DNA of 64,000 bases, from positions 170,014 through 234,013 of the forward strand of contig JAPLDJ010000024.1 of NCBI GenBank assembly GCA_026391805.1, read 5' to 3'. Positions 45,661 through 55,363 of the stretch are shown in pieces. Within the stretch, counting starts at the first letter, position 1, and each line of letters opens with the position of its first letter. The notes under the pieces are model-generated. The model was not told where the DNA came from, made no database searches, and was given only the letters and a program-made list of their open reading frames with translations. Source of the stretch: Bacteroidota bacterium (lineage in GTDB: Bacteria > Bacteroidota > Bacteroidia > Bacteroidales > FEN-979). Position numbers and translations under genes: made by a program.

Positions 45661-46067
45661 AGACAATTCATATCGTCATCCTGCTGGTACTCGTTATCGC
45701 CGTCGCCGTTGTCGTGACTACCCTTACGGATGCCAGCACCTATTCGAATTTTAACGATGCAACGGCCACCCCCGGGAAAGAATTTCACATCATCGGTGTG
45801 CTGAACCGCAATAAGCCCATCGATTACGACGCAACCAAAGATGTCAATCGTTTTTCATTCTACCTTGTCGATGATAAAGGTGTGGAGAAGAAGGTGATCT
45901 ATAACAACACCAAACCCCAGGACTTTGAAAAATCGGACAAGGTGGTCGTGATCGGCTCCATGAAGAACGATGAATTCCAGGCCACCAGTCTTCTGCTCAA
46001 ATGCCCCTCGAAATACAACGCCAACAAGCCGAAGGAATTCGGGGAGAAGACATATAAGGCGAAGTAA
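45657..46067 (+). CDS. ccmE: Cytochrome c-type biogenesis heme chaperone CcmE, CxxxY variant
   Basis: 136-aa ORF with an N-terminal TM anchor and an OB-fold-like body (FHIIGVL...VIYNNTKPQDFEKSDKVVVIGSM...FQATSLLLKCPSKY). Cys replaces the canonical heme-binding His. Confidence 0.75.
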   Translation: MKTIHIVILLVLVIAVAVVVTTLTDASTYSNFNDATATPGKEFHIIGVLNRNKPIDYDATKDVNRFSFYLVDDKGVEKKVIYNNTKPQDFEKSDKVVVIGSMKNDEFQATSLLLKCPSKYNANKPKEFGEKTYKAK

Positions 46068-46075
46068 CGCAAAAT

Positions 46076-46096
46076 TCTGGATCCTGGATCCTGGAT
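46076..46096. repeat. 7-bp tandem repeat (tctggat cctggat cctggat)
   Basis: Read directly from the sequence, 9 nt after the ccmE stop. Confidence 0.85.
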
Positions 46097-46145
46097 AATT
46101 TACATACCCGGAGAAGCTTTTTAAACTGATACGAACATTTTTTAT

Positions 46146-46180
46146 CTAGCATCCAGCATCCAGCATCCAGCATCAATCCA
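46146..46180. repeat. 7-bp tandem repeat (ctagcat ccagcat x3 caatcca), near reverse complement of the 46076 block
   Basis: Read as atccagc units, it is the reverse complement of cctggat apart from one base per unit. It ends 12 nt before the ATG at 46192. Confidence 0.85.
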
Positions 46181-46191
46181 AACAGAACCAG

Positions 46192-48099
46192 ATGCCTTAT
46201 AAATCCTTACAGCACTTTATCGCCGCACTTGATCAGGCCGGGGAACTGGTGCGGGTGAAGGAATTTGTTTCGCCGCACCTTGAGATCACCGAGATCACCG
46301 ACCGGATCAGCAAGAACCATGGCAAAGCTTTATTGTTTGAAAATACAGGATCCGGATTCCCACTGCTGATCAATGCCTTCGGTTCGGAAAAGCGGATGTG
46401 CATGGCACTCGGCGTAAAGACACTTGATGCAGCAGGCGATGAGCTTGGAAAGATCCTCCAGGAATTCCTCGGCCCGAAAGAGAGTTTCCTGGAAAAATTA
46501 AAACTGATTCCTGCGCTGAAGGAGATCTCCTCCTGGATGCCGCACCTTGTCAGCGGTAAGGGAAGCTGCCAGGAGGTGATCATGGAAACCCCCGACCTGA
46601 CAAAGCTCCCGGTTCTGACCTGCTGGCCTTCCGACGGCGGACCTTTCATTACTTTGCCGGTGGTTCATACCAAAGATCCGGTTACGGGTATTAAGAACCA
46701 GGGCATGTACCGCATGCAGGTATTCGGACCTACCCTCACGGGGATGCACTGGCACCGGCACAAAGGATCGGCCCATCATTTTACACAATATAAAGAACTG
46801 GGGCTGCGAATGCCTGTCTCGGTCACCCTTGGCGGCGACCCGGTCAACACCTATGCGGCGACTGCTCCCCTGCCTGAAAATCTTGACGAATACCTTCTTT
46901 CCGGATACCTGCGGAAAAAGAAGGTTGAACTGGTAAAATGCCTGACCAATGATCTCGAGGTGCCGGCCGATGCCGATTTTGTGATCGAAGGTTACGTCGA
47001 TCCTGATGAAGAGTTCATCCTGGAGGGTCCTTTCGGGGATCATACCGGCTTTTATTCCCTGGCGGATATGTACCCCAGGTTCCATGTGACCTGCATCACC
47101 CACCGGAAACATGCCGTTTATCCTGCAACAGTGGTGGGTATTCCTCCCATGGAAGATGAATGGATGGGAAAGGCGACGGAAAGGATCTTTCTCCTCCCGA
47201 TGAAGATGTTCACCGTTCCCGAGATGAATGACATCGACATGCCGGTGGAAGGGGTTTTTCACAACATCGTTCTTACAAGTATTCATAAATCATTTCCCGG
47301 CCAGGGATTAAAGGCCATGACCTCGCTCTGGGGCGCCGGACAGATGATGTTCAACAAGTTCATGATCGTGGTGAACGGAACCGTTGATGTTCATGATTAT
47401 AAGGCAGTGGCACGGGAGGTTTCAGAGCGCACCGATCCGATGCACGAAATTCATTTCATGAAAGGTCCTGTGGATGTGCTCGACCATTCGAGCCGCCGTT
47501 TCTCCTTCGGAAGCAAAATGGGGATCGACGCCACGGAAAAATGGCCGGAGGAGGATGAAAAAGCAGGTATTCATTTCGGGGAACCTTTAATCGACAAGAA
47601 TGCCATTCTGAAAAAATTCCCGGAGATCACCGGCATGAATGATTCACTCCTGCAGGAAAAGATCTCGATCGTGATATTTTCGGTGAAGAAGAACCGGAAA
47701 AATCATATCCGCGAAACCGGCGCTGAACTGTTGAGATCAGGATTGATTTCCGGTATCCGTTTTCTGATTTTTATGGATCCGTCAATTGATCTTGCATCAT
47801 TTGCAGATGTTGCCTGGATCGCCGCCAACAACATGGACCCGATGAGGGATTGTTTTCATGCCTCTTCTGCTGATGGGGAAGATTTCCCTGTCCTGCTGAT
47901 GGACGGCACCCGCAAAACCCCTGAATTCGATGCATTTGGCCGGGACTGGCCGAATGTGATCGTCATGGATGACACGACCATTCAGAAGGTTGACAAGGAG
48001 TGGGACCGATACGGTCTTGGTCCTTTCTTTCCTTCTCCTTCACTGAAATACAAGACCCTGATTGTCAATGAAGGGCCAATGGTGGGGAAAGGTTTTTGA
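46192..48099 (+). CDS. UbiD-family (prenylated-FMN dependent) decarboxylase, long form; probable menaquinone-biosynthesis decarboxylase
   Basis: 635-aa ORF. The N-terminus (LQHFIAALDQAGELVRVKEFVSPHLEITEITDR) and core (GMYRMQV...WHRHKGSA...GPFGDHTGFY) are typical of UbiD. Confidence 0.8.
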   Translation: MPYKSLQHFIAALDQAGELVRVKEFVSPHLEITEITDRISKNHGKALLFENTGSGFPLLINAFGSEKRMCMALGVKTLDAAGDELGKILQEFLGPKESFLEKLKLIPALKEISSWMPHLVSGKGSCQEVIMETPDLTKLPVLTCWPSDGGPFITLPVVHTKDPVTGIKNQGMYRMQVFGPTLTGMHWHRHKGSAHHFTQYKELGLRMPVSVTLGGDPVNTYAATAPLPENLDEYLLSGYLRKKKVELVKCLTNDLEVPADADFVIEGYVDPDEEFILEGPFGDHTGFYSLADMYPRFHVTCITHRKHAVYPATVVGIPPMEDEWMGKATERIFLLPMKMFTVPEMNDIDMPVEGVFHNIVLTSIHKSFPGQGLKAMTSLWGAGQMMFNKFMIVVNGTVDVHDYKAVAREVSERTDPMHEIHFMKGPVDVLDHSSRRFSFGSKMGIDATEKWPEEDEKAGIHFGEPLIDKNAILKKFPEITGMNDSLLQEKISIVIFSVKKNRKNHIRETGAELLRSGLISGIRFLIFMDPSIDLASFADVAWIAANNMDPMRDCFHASSADGEDFPVLLMDGTRKTPEFDAFGRDWPNVIVMDDTTIQKVDKEWDRYGLGPFFPSPSLKYKTLIVNEGPMVGKGF

Positions 48100-48145
48100 A
48101 AAATTTCAGGAATTTTTAATAATTTTGCGAAGGAAACCGTATCGC

Positions 48146-50575
48146 ATGAAACAATATTTTCTCTTTCTTTTATCCTTGTTAATCGGCCTGATTTCCTGCA
48201 TTGAAATCCAGGCCCAGACCTGCCTTGTACAAGGAAAAATCCTTGACGAGCAAACCAACGATGCGATACCTTTTGTGAACATCGGGATCAAGGGATTGGC
48301 AACCGGGACATTCAGCGACAACCAGGGAAATTACCAGATCGAGCTTCCCATGGGGGTGACAACGCTGGTCCTTTCCTGCGTGGGCTATGAAAAGCAGGAA
48401 CGTCGCCTCAATGTGGATGGCGCACGGGAGATTTCGATCAATATCATGATGACACCTGTTTCCAATGAATTAAGTACCATCGTGGTTTCCGGATCAAAAT
48501 ACGAGCAAAAGGTAGAGAAATCCATCGCCACGATCGAAGTGCTCAAGTCGCCGGCCATCATGGCGTCCAACCCAACCAGTATTGATAAGGCGATCGACAA
48601 GATCCCGGGAATTACGATCGTGAACAACGAACCCCAGATCCGCGGTGGGAGCGGTTTCAGTTCCGGTCTCGGAAGCCGGGTCCAGATCATGGTGGATGAC
48701 ATCCCGATCCTGAGGGGAGATGCAGGGCGCCCCGACTGGGGTTTCCTGCCGCTGGATGACGTCGAACAGGTGGAAGTGGTAAAAGGAGCTTCATCCGTCG
48801 TGTACGGTTCCTCAGCCATCACCGGCGCCGTCAATATCCGCACGGCTTATCCTAAAGAGACACCCGAGACAAAGATCAATTCTTTCATCGGGATGTACAG
48901 CAAACCGGACCGGTCCTATGCCACACCATGGTCGGGAATGAATCCCATTATTTATGGTCTGTCGTTGTCCCATATGCAGCAGTCGGGTAATCTTGATTTT
49001 GGCTTTGGCGTAAATCTTTACAATGACCAGGGATACATCGGCGGCACACCGGTGGGTGTTAAGGATGCAGTTGCTGACAGTGTTTTTAATAAGGGCGTAT
49101 ATACGAAGAGGGGGAAAATTTATTTCAACACCCGCGTTCGGAATAAAAAGATCGAAGGCCTGACTTATGGCATCAACGGGAATGGCATGTACAACGATAA
49201 TTCGGAAAATTATTTCTGGTACGATGCCGACAGCGGCCTCTACCGTTCATACCCGGGTGCTTTGTCGCATTTCAAGCAGTTCTCCTTTTACGTCGATCCG
49301 TACATCAAGTATTTCAACAAGAACGGCAACAGTCACAGCTTCAGGAACCGTGTCTATTACGGGAATACGGATGCCAACAACGACCAGTCGAACCGTTTCA
49401 TAACGGTTTATGACGAATACCAGCATACCCATAAATTCAAAAAGGCAGGTGACCTTATCATGGTTGTTGGCATCACCAATATTTACTCTCATTCCTATGG
49501 CAAAGTATTTTCAGGGATCCTTGCCGACAACGGCACTACTACCGCGAACCAGAACGGGGAATTCGATTCCGAGAACCTTGCGGTGTATGCGCAGTTTGAA
49601 AAGCAGTTCTTCAATAGGCTGACAATCCTCCTGGGAGGGCGATGGGAATACTATCATATTGCCGACCTGACGGAGAATAAGCCCATTTTCAGGGCAGGCC
49701 TGAACCTCCAGGCAACAAAAACGACCTATCTCAGGTTCTCGGTCGGCCAGGGTTACCGGGCGCCGAGCATCGGTGAGCGTTACATCACCACAAATTCAGG
49801 AGGATTTGGATTCTACCCGAACCCGGACCTGATCTCCGAAACCTGCCTCTCCTATGAGCTCGGGGCAAAACAGCTTTTCAGGATCGGCAAATGGGCAGGC
49901 ATGGCAGATGTATCCGGTTTCCTTGAGAACTACGATCATTACGTCGAGCTGACGTTCGGGATCTGGGGACATGATACGCTTGCGAAAAGCCTCGGATTCA
50001 GATTCCTTAATACCGGACCTGCCAGGATTTACGGCATAGATGCATCCCTTGGAGGCGAGGGAAAAATTGCACGTAACCTGAGCATGTCGTTGCTCGTGGG
50101 TTACACCTATTCTGTCCCCATTGCACTGAAGCCCGATGAAGTTTATTATACGAGTCATCAGAAAACATTAGCCCCGCCATTGGAGAAAGATCGTCTTTAC
50201 ACGTATGCAAATTCTTCTTCCGATACCAGCGGGAACATACTGAAATACCGTATCCAGAGCTTGTTCAAATCGGATCTGGAACTTACATACAAAAAACGCT
50301 TTTCCATCGGCTTCACCGTTAAATATTACGGGTATATGAAAAACATCGATATTTTTCTGTACCAGATGGAGCCGGCCATGCACTCGGGCATAAAAAAATA
50401 CAGGGAAGACAATAACGACGGAAATTACATTGCGGATATACGGTTAAGTTATTCCTTCAGGGATTTCAAGTTTTCGCTCCTCGTGAATAATTTCTTCAAC
50501 ACGGAATATTCACTGAGACCTATGACCATTGAATCTCCGCGGACAACCTCATTGCAGGTGACACTGCACATCTGA
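48146..50575 (+). CDS. TonB-dependent receptor with a CarboxypepD_reg-like N-terminal domain
   Basis: I moved the start to the ATG at 48146, giving the signal peptide MKQYFLFLLSLLIGLISCIEIQAQ. The track start at 48062 overlaps ubiD. A plug is present (IPGITIVNNEPQIRGGSGF), followed by a barrel. Confidence 0.85.
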   Translation: MKQYFLFLLSLLIGLISCIEIQAQTCLVQGKILDEQTNDAIPFVNIGIKGLATGTFSDNQGNYQIELPMGVTTLVLSCVGYEKQERRLNVDGAREISINIMMTPVSNELSTIVVSGSKYEQKVEKSIATIEVLKSPAIMASNPTSIDKAIDKIPGITIVNNEPQIRGGSGFSSGLGSRVQIMVDDIPILRGDAGRPDWGFLPLDDVEQVEVVKGASSVVYGSSAITGAVNIRTAYPKETPETKINSFIGMYSKPDRSYATPWSGMNPIIYGLSLSHMQQSGNLDFGFGVNLYNDQGYIGGTPVGVKDAVADSVFNKGVYTKRGKIYFNTRVRNKKIEGLTYGINGNGMYNDNSENYFWYDADSGLYRSYPGALSHFKQFSFYVDPYIKYFNKNGNSHSFRNRVYYGNTDANNDQSNRFITVYDEYQHTHKFKKAGDLIMVVGITNIYSHSYGKVFSGILADNGTTTANQNGEFDSENLAVYAQFEKQFFNRLTILLGGRWEYYHIADLTENKPIFRAGLNLQATKTTYLRFSVGQGYRAPSIGERYITTNSGGFGFYPNPDLISETCLSYELGAKQLFRIGKWAGMADVSGFLENYDHYVELTFGIWGHDTLAKSLGFRFLNTGPARIYGIDASLGGEGKIARNLSMSLLVGYTYSVPIALKPDEVYYTSHQKTLAPPLEKDRLYTYANSSSDTSGNILKYRIQSLFKSDLELTYKKRFSIGFTVKYYGYMKNIDIFLYQMEPAMHSGIKKYREDNNDGNYIADIRLSYSFRDFKFSLLVNNFFNTEYSLRPMTIESPRTTSLQVTLHI

Positions 50576-50609
50576 TTATGCATTTTAACCAAATTAAATC
50601 TCATACATT

Positions 50610-51557
50610 ATGAAAAGGATCTTTACGCTTTCAGTGCTTGTTTTAGGCATGTTTACTTACAGTTTCGGTCAGCAGAATGTCCGGGGCGGAACGTTTGAAT
50701 ACTGGAAATACAACGCCACCCACAATTTCTACCAGCCCGACAGCAGCATCTTCTGGACGCTGAACCAGCTCGACACCATTCCCACTCCCCCGGGCATCAC
50801 CGCTTATCCCTGCGATACTGCTCATAACGGAAGTAAATCCGTGCGGGTGGTCACAAGGAAGATCGATTTGCTGGATATTATCATCCCGGGGGTTATCGGG
50901 ACGATCAATATCAAGTGGTCCACTTCGATGGCTGTTATCGGAATCCCCTATCCCTACGGTACGACAAAGCCGGTACAGTTTTCTGGCTTCTATCAATCCT
51001 ATCCGCTGAGCGGGGATTCATCGGCCGCAGTTCTTCTTCTTTCAAAATGGAATTCAACATTTCACCGCCGCGATACGCTGGCTTATAACCGGTTGGTTTT
51101 CTTTGGAACCGTGAACAGCTGGACGCAGTTTGACATTCCCGTCACCTACCGCGATCCGGTTACAATCCCTGACTCACTCACGATTCTTTTATTATCGTGC
51201 GGCGGATTCGACGCGGGAAATATGTTTGGAAGCGTCGGAACAGTTGGCAGCACAGCGCTCTTTGACGATGTTAACCTGACCGGTGTGAACGGATTTCCGC
51301 TGGTTCTTATGCCTGATGTGTCAGTTAAGCTTTCCCCGAATCCTGCGAAGGATTTCATGAACATTCAGCTTGGCGAAGAGATCACGAACGGGTATTTTGA
51401 AGTTTATGATGCCCAGGCAAAGCTGATGCACCGGTTCCAGATTAATGGTACTTCGCAGCAGATCAGTGTCGGGGACTTATCATCAGGCATGTATTATTAT
51501 AAACTTACAGGGCAGGGCAAACTGCTCAACTCCGGCACTTTTGCCATAAGTAAATGA
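50610..51557 (+). CDS. T9SS C-terminal sorting-domain protein, N-terminal PCMD-like domain (function unknown)
   Basis: 315-aa ORF with a signal peptide. The C-terminal CTD reads LSPNPAKDFMNIQL...SSGMYYYKLTGQGKLLNSGTFAISK. The N-terminal GGTFEYW... region recalls the putative carbohydrate-metabolism domain often found next to TonB-dependent receptors. Confidence 0.6.
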   Translation: MKRIFTLSVLVLGMFTYSFGQQNVRGGTFEYWKYNATHNFYQPDSSIFWTLNQLDTIPTPPGITAYPCDTAHNGSKSVRVVTRKIDLLDIIIPGVIGTINIKWSTSMAVIGIPYPYGTTKPVQFSGFYQSYPLSGDSSAAVLLLSKWNSTFHRRDTLAYNRLVFFGTVNSWTQFDIPVTYRDPVTIPDSLTILLLSCGGFDAGNMFGSVGTVGSTALFDDVNLTGVNGFPLVLMPDVSVKLSPNPAKDFMNIQLGEEITNGYFEVYDAQAKLMHRFQINGTSQQISVGDLSSGMYYYKLTGQGKLLNSGTFAISK

Positions 51558-51575
51558 TCTTAATTTTTATTGACC

Positions 51576-52799
51576 ATGAGTGAAATTAAAACTTCCCAAA
51601 TGGCCATGGACCTGGAAGACAGGTACGGGGCTCACAACTATCATCCATTGCCTGTAGTTCTTTCGAAGGGACAGGGTGTTTATATGTGGGATGTAGAAGG
51701 AAAGCGGTATTTCGATTTTTTATCCGCCTATTCAGCCGTCAACCAGGGCCATTGTCACCCGAAGATCATCAGTGCCCTGATCGCACAGGCGCAGACCCTG
51801 GAGCTTACATCACGGGCATTTTACAATGATGTCCTTGGCGTTTATGAAAAGTTCATAACGGAATATTTCGGATACGAGCGTGTCCTTCCTATGAACACCG
51901 GTGCTGAAGGCGACGAAACCGCGCTGAAGCTTACCCGTAAATGGGCCTACAAGGTAAAAGGCGTTCCCGAGAACCAGGCGAAGATCATCTGCTGTGAGAA
52001 CAATTTCCATGGCCGCACGATCTCCGTGATCTCCATGTCGACCGATCCCCAGGCCACAAACGATTTCGGGCCATTTACCCCCGGATTCATCAAGATCCCT
52101 TACAACGATCTGAACGCGCTTGAAAAGGCGCTGGAAGACCCCACGGTTGCAGGATTCCTTGTTGAACCGATCCAGGGCGAAGCCGGTGTTTACGTTCCGG
52201 ATGCAGGATACCTGAAGAAAGCCTGGGAACTTTGCAAATCGAAGAATGTCCTGTTCATCGCCGATGAGGTTCAGACCGGGATCGCCCGTACAGGTAAGCT
52301 GCTCGCATGTGACTGGGAGGGTGTAAGACCTGATGTCCTGATCCTTGGAAAGGCGCTATCTGGCGGGGTTTATCCTGTTTCAGCCGTCCTGGCCGACGAT
52401 CACATCATGCTGACGATAAAACCCGGCGAACATGGTTCCACCTTCGGAGGAAACCCCATTGCCTGCCGTGTCGGCATTGCCGCACTGGAGGTGATCAGGG
52501 ATGAGAAACTGGCTGAAAATGCCTACAACATGGGGATCATTTTCAGGGAGGAACTGGAGAATATCAAGTCGCCGATGGTTGAACTTGTCAGGGGCAAGGG
52601 ATTGCTGAATGCAGCGGTCATAAAGCCGGTGAATGGCAAAACAGCATGGGATGTCTGCCTCAAGATGCGGGATAACGGACTGCTTGCAAAGCCTACCCAC
52701 GACCACATCATCCGCTTCGCCCCGCCGCTCATCATCAACGAAGAGCAGGTGAAAGAAGCAGTTGAGATCATCCGCGTTTCGCTGAAATCATTTGAATAA
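51576..52799 (+). CDS. rocD: Ornithine aminotransferase (class III PLP aminotransferase)
   Basis: The ATG at 51576 is preferred over the TTG at 51570. Motifs: [37 protein letters not shown], and [12 protein letters not shown]...ILGKALSGG containing the PLP lysine. Confidence 0.85.
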   Translation: MSEIKTSQMAMDLEDRYGAHNYHPLPVVLSKGQGVYMWDVEGKRYFDFLSAYSAVNQGHCHPKIISALIAQAQTLELTSRAFYNDVLGVYEKFITEYFGYERVLPMNTGAEGDETALKLTRKWAYKVKGVPENQAKIICCENNFHGRTISVISMSTDPQATNDFGPFTPGFIKIPYNDLNALEKALEDPTVAGFLVEPIQGEAGVYVPDAGYLKKAWELCKSKNVLFIADEVQTGIARTGKLLACDWEGVRPDVLILGKALSGGVYPVSAVLADDHIMLTIKPGEHGSTFGGNPIACRVGIAALEVIRDEKLAENAYNMGIIFREELENIKSPMVELVRGKGLLNAAVIKPVNGKTAWDVCLKMRDNGLLAKPTHDHIIRFAPPLIINEEQVKEAVEIIRVSLKSFE

Positions 52800-52814
52800 A
52801 AACTCACCCCCTCA

Positions 52815-52850
52815 GTCCCCCTCTCTTTGAAGAAAAGAGAGGGGGACTTT
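52815..52850 (+). terminator. Rho-independent terminator after rocD
   Basis: The sequence GTCCCCCTCTCTT-tgaagaa-AAGAGAGGGGGAC forms a perfect 13-bp stem followed by ttt. Confidence 0.75.
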
Positions 52851-52876
52851 ATATTCTTACCCAAACCCACACTTCA

Positions 52877-52904
52877 TTTGACGTATGACGTATGACGTAT
52901 GACG
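52877..52904. repeat. 7-bp tandem repeat (tttgacg tatgacg x3)
   Basis: Read directly in the convergent spacer. It shares the tatgac word with the 44781-44801 block. Confidence 0.85.
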
Positions 52905-52908
52905 TTTT

Positions 52909-55348
52909 TCAGAAAGTCGCCTGTAACTTAATGTTGAACTGCCGCGGTGTGAGGTAATTCGGAACCGCATACTGCTTGCTGTTGACATCAGTGACCCAGA
53001 GGTATGAAACCGTGTTGCTGATCTGAAGAAGGTTAAAGACTTCCAGCGAGATCCACATGGAATGAAACACCCGGAATGGGTTCTTCTTCGAAAATTTAGT
53101 ATTCTCCCCAATGATCTGTTTGGCCAGGCCGATATCGACGCGCCGGTAGGGGGGCATCCTCAGGGTTTGCTGGTTCTTGGGTGAGTTGGGCGGCCCGAAA
53201 GGAAGTCCGGTTCCGTAGAACAGTGTCAGGTTCATCCGCCAGGTAGGATAATGGGGGATGTAATCCTGGAAAAAAATGCTGAGGTTCACCCGCTGATCGG
53301 TAGGGCGGGGGATCCAGTCGCCGTTGATGTTCTCTTGCGTCTTCATGAAGGAAAGACTGGCCCACGATTCGACCCCTTTCACGAACTCACCGTTCACCCG
53401 GAAATCAATACCGGTGGCATACCCGAAGGCATCGTTCGTTCCATAGTAACGGATCTTCAGGTTATCAATGGTATAGGGAATAAGGTCGGTGATGTATTTG
53501 TAATACGCTTCTGCGACAAATTTGAACGGTCGTCCCCAGCCCTTGAAATAGAGGTCGGAACCGACCACAGCCTGGAGTGCACGCTGTGCCTTGAGATCCG
53601 AAACCATGTTCCCCCGGAGATCCGTGATCTCCCGGAAGGTGGGCGGCTGGGAATAATACCCCCCGGAAATACGGAATACGACCTCCCTTTTCCAGTGTGG
53701 TTTAAAGGAGAGGTTCACCCTGGGATCGAGCAGGAACTGCCCGTTGTAATCCCAGTACATTGATCGCAGGCCTGCCGTCAGTGAGATGTCATTCTTTTCA
53801 TTCCTGAAAGTCCATGTGTTCTGAAGAAAAGCCGAAAAACGGTTGGAAGTCTCCTGGCTCTTGTTTTTAATGAAATCCGCAAGCACAAGGGAATCATGCT
53901 GCGGGTTGGGGGAACCCAGCGAATCGGGCGGCCGCGGTAACGAATACCCCGCCGAATCCAGCAGTTCCCATTCATTCACAACATAATGAAAGAATTCATG
54001 CTGGTATTTCACCCCCCATTGTGTAAGGCTGATGCCCTTTTCATTGGTTCCGCGGTGCTCAATGTCAAACACGGTCCCATTCAGGTAATTCCTGGCATGG
54101 TCGAGGTAAGAACCCACCCCGAGGGCTTCGGTGACCTGGCCTACGCCTCCGCTGTTCTGGTTCACTTCGAGTTTTGCCAGCCAGTACTCTGCCGAAATAT
54201 CGTAGGTCTCCTGCTCAAAGGTCTGGTAAGCGGATGCCGTTAGTTTTAACCGCAGCTCAGGCGTGGGTTTCCAGCTTGCGGTAAGCGCCCCGAGCCAGTT
54301 CTGGTATTTGTCAACCTCCTGGCCGTCAAAATAAATGGTCAGTTTGTAAGCTTCACCCAGCGTGCCGAAATTGGTTTCCTGGGTCTGCGGGATTAGCTGG
54401 TAATAGTTGTTTGAATAGGTCCCGAGCAGGGATAGTTCCCATTTTTTATTGATCTCATAATTGAACAGGGTCTGGACGTCAAAATATTTCGGCTTGTAAT
54501 CGCCCTTGGTATCAAGACCTTTCAGAAAGTAACTGTTCGACTTATAACGTACACCAGCCAGGTAGGAAAATTTCTTGCCGATAAGTCCCTCCAGGTGTGC
54601 ATTGGCGCCCAGAAGGCTGAGCTCGAAGGATCCTGCGAACTCCGTTGGCCGCTTATATTTTATATCCAGGACCGATGACATTTTATCCCCGTATTTCGCA
54701 TCGAAACCTCCGGCAGAAAATGCGATGGATGAAACCAGGTCGGGATTCAGAAAACTTAAGCCTTCCTGCTGGCCTGAGCGCACCAGGAATGGCCGGTAGA
54801 TCTCGATGTCGTTCACAAATACCAGGTTCTCATCATAATTCCCGCCGCGGACCGAATACTGGGAACTGAGTTCGTTGCGGGAAACGACCCCGGGCATCGT
54901 TTTGATCAGATCCTCGATCCCGGCATTGGCGGAAGGAATCAGCATGATGGCTTTGGTATCAATGCGGTTGAACGTGTTGGTGCGGAGCTGCTGATCCTTC
55001 ACCTCGATCGAGGGCAGCGAGGTGGCGGTTCTTTTCAGTGACTGAACCATCTCTTTCCGCTCTCCGGGTGCCAGTGAATCATCCACATTTTCCGTTTCAA
55101 AACCGATGTAGCTGAACGAGAGTGTGATCTTTTTTCCTGCCGGGACCCTGATCTCAAAATGACCGGTTTTATCAGAGGTCGTTCCTCCCGGAGAACCGAT
55201 TATGGAGATGTTTGCATTGGCGACGGACTTCTGGTCCTCATCCGCAATCCTGCCATAGATCACAGCCGTTTGCTGGGCGGAAAGGCCTGTGGATGCAAAC
55301 AGCAGCAGCCCGGTTATTATGTGGATCACGTTTTTCAAGAGAGGGTTT
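52909..55348 (-). CDS. TonB-dependent receptor with a CarboxypepD_reg-like N-terminal domain
   Basis: The track ORF extends to 55473 but overlaps the upstream gene. The TTG at 55348 (or GTG at 55339) gives the signal peptide (M)KNVIHIITGLLLFASTGLSAQQ. Plug and barrel follow. The start codon is uncertain. Confidence 0.8.
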
Positions 55349-55363
55349 AGCGGAATATTTGTA

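Noticed and set aside
44041-46067. Calling the ccm genes a complete cytochrome c maturation system
   Set aside because: Only ccmB, C, D-like and E are present in the window. ccmA, ccmF and the thiol-redox components are absent here, so completeness cannot be claimed.
52857-53111. 84-aa minus-strand ORF spanning the tatgacg repeat and the 3' end of the TonB-dependent receptor
   Set aside because: It overlaps the well-supported receptor gene in another frame and starts within the tandem repeat. No coding signal.
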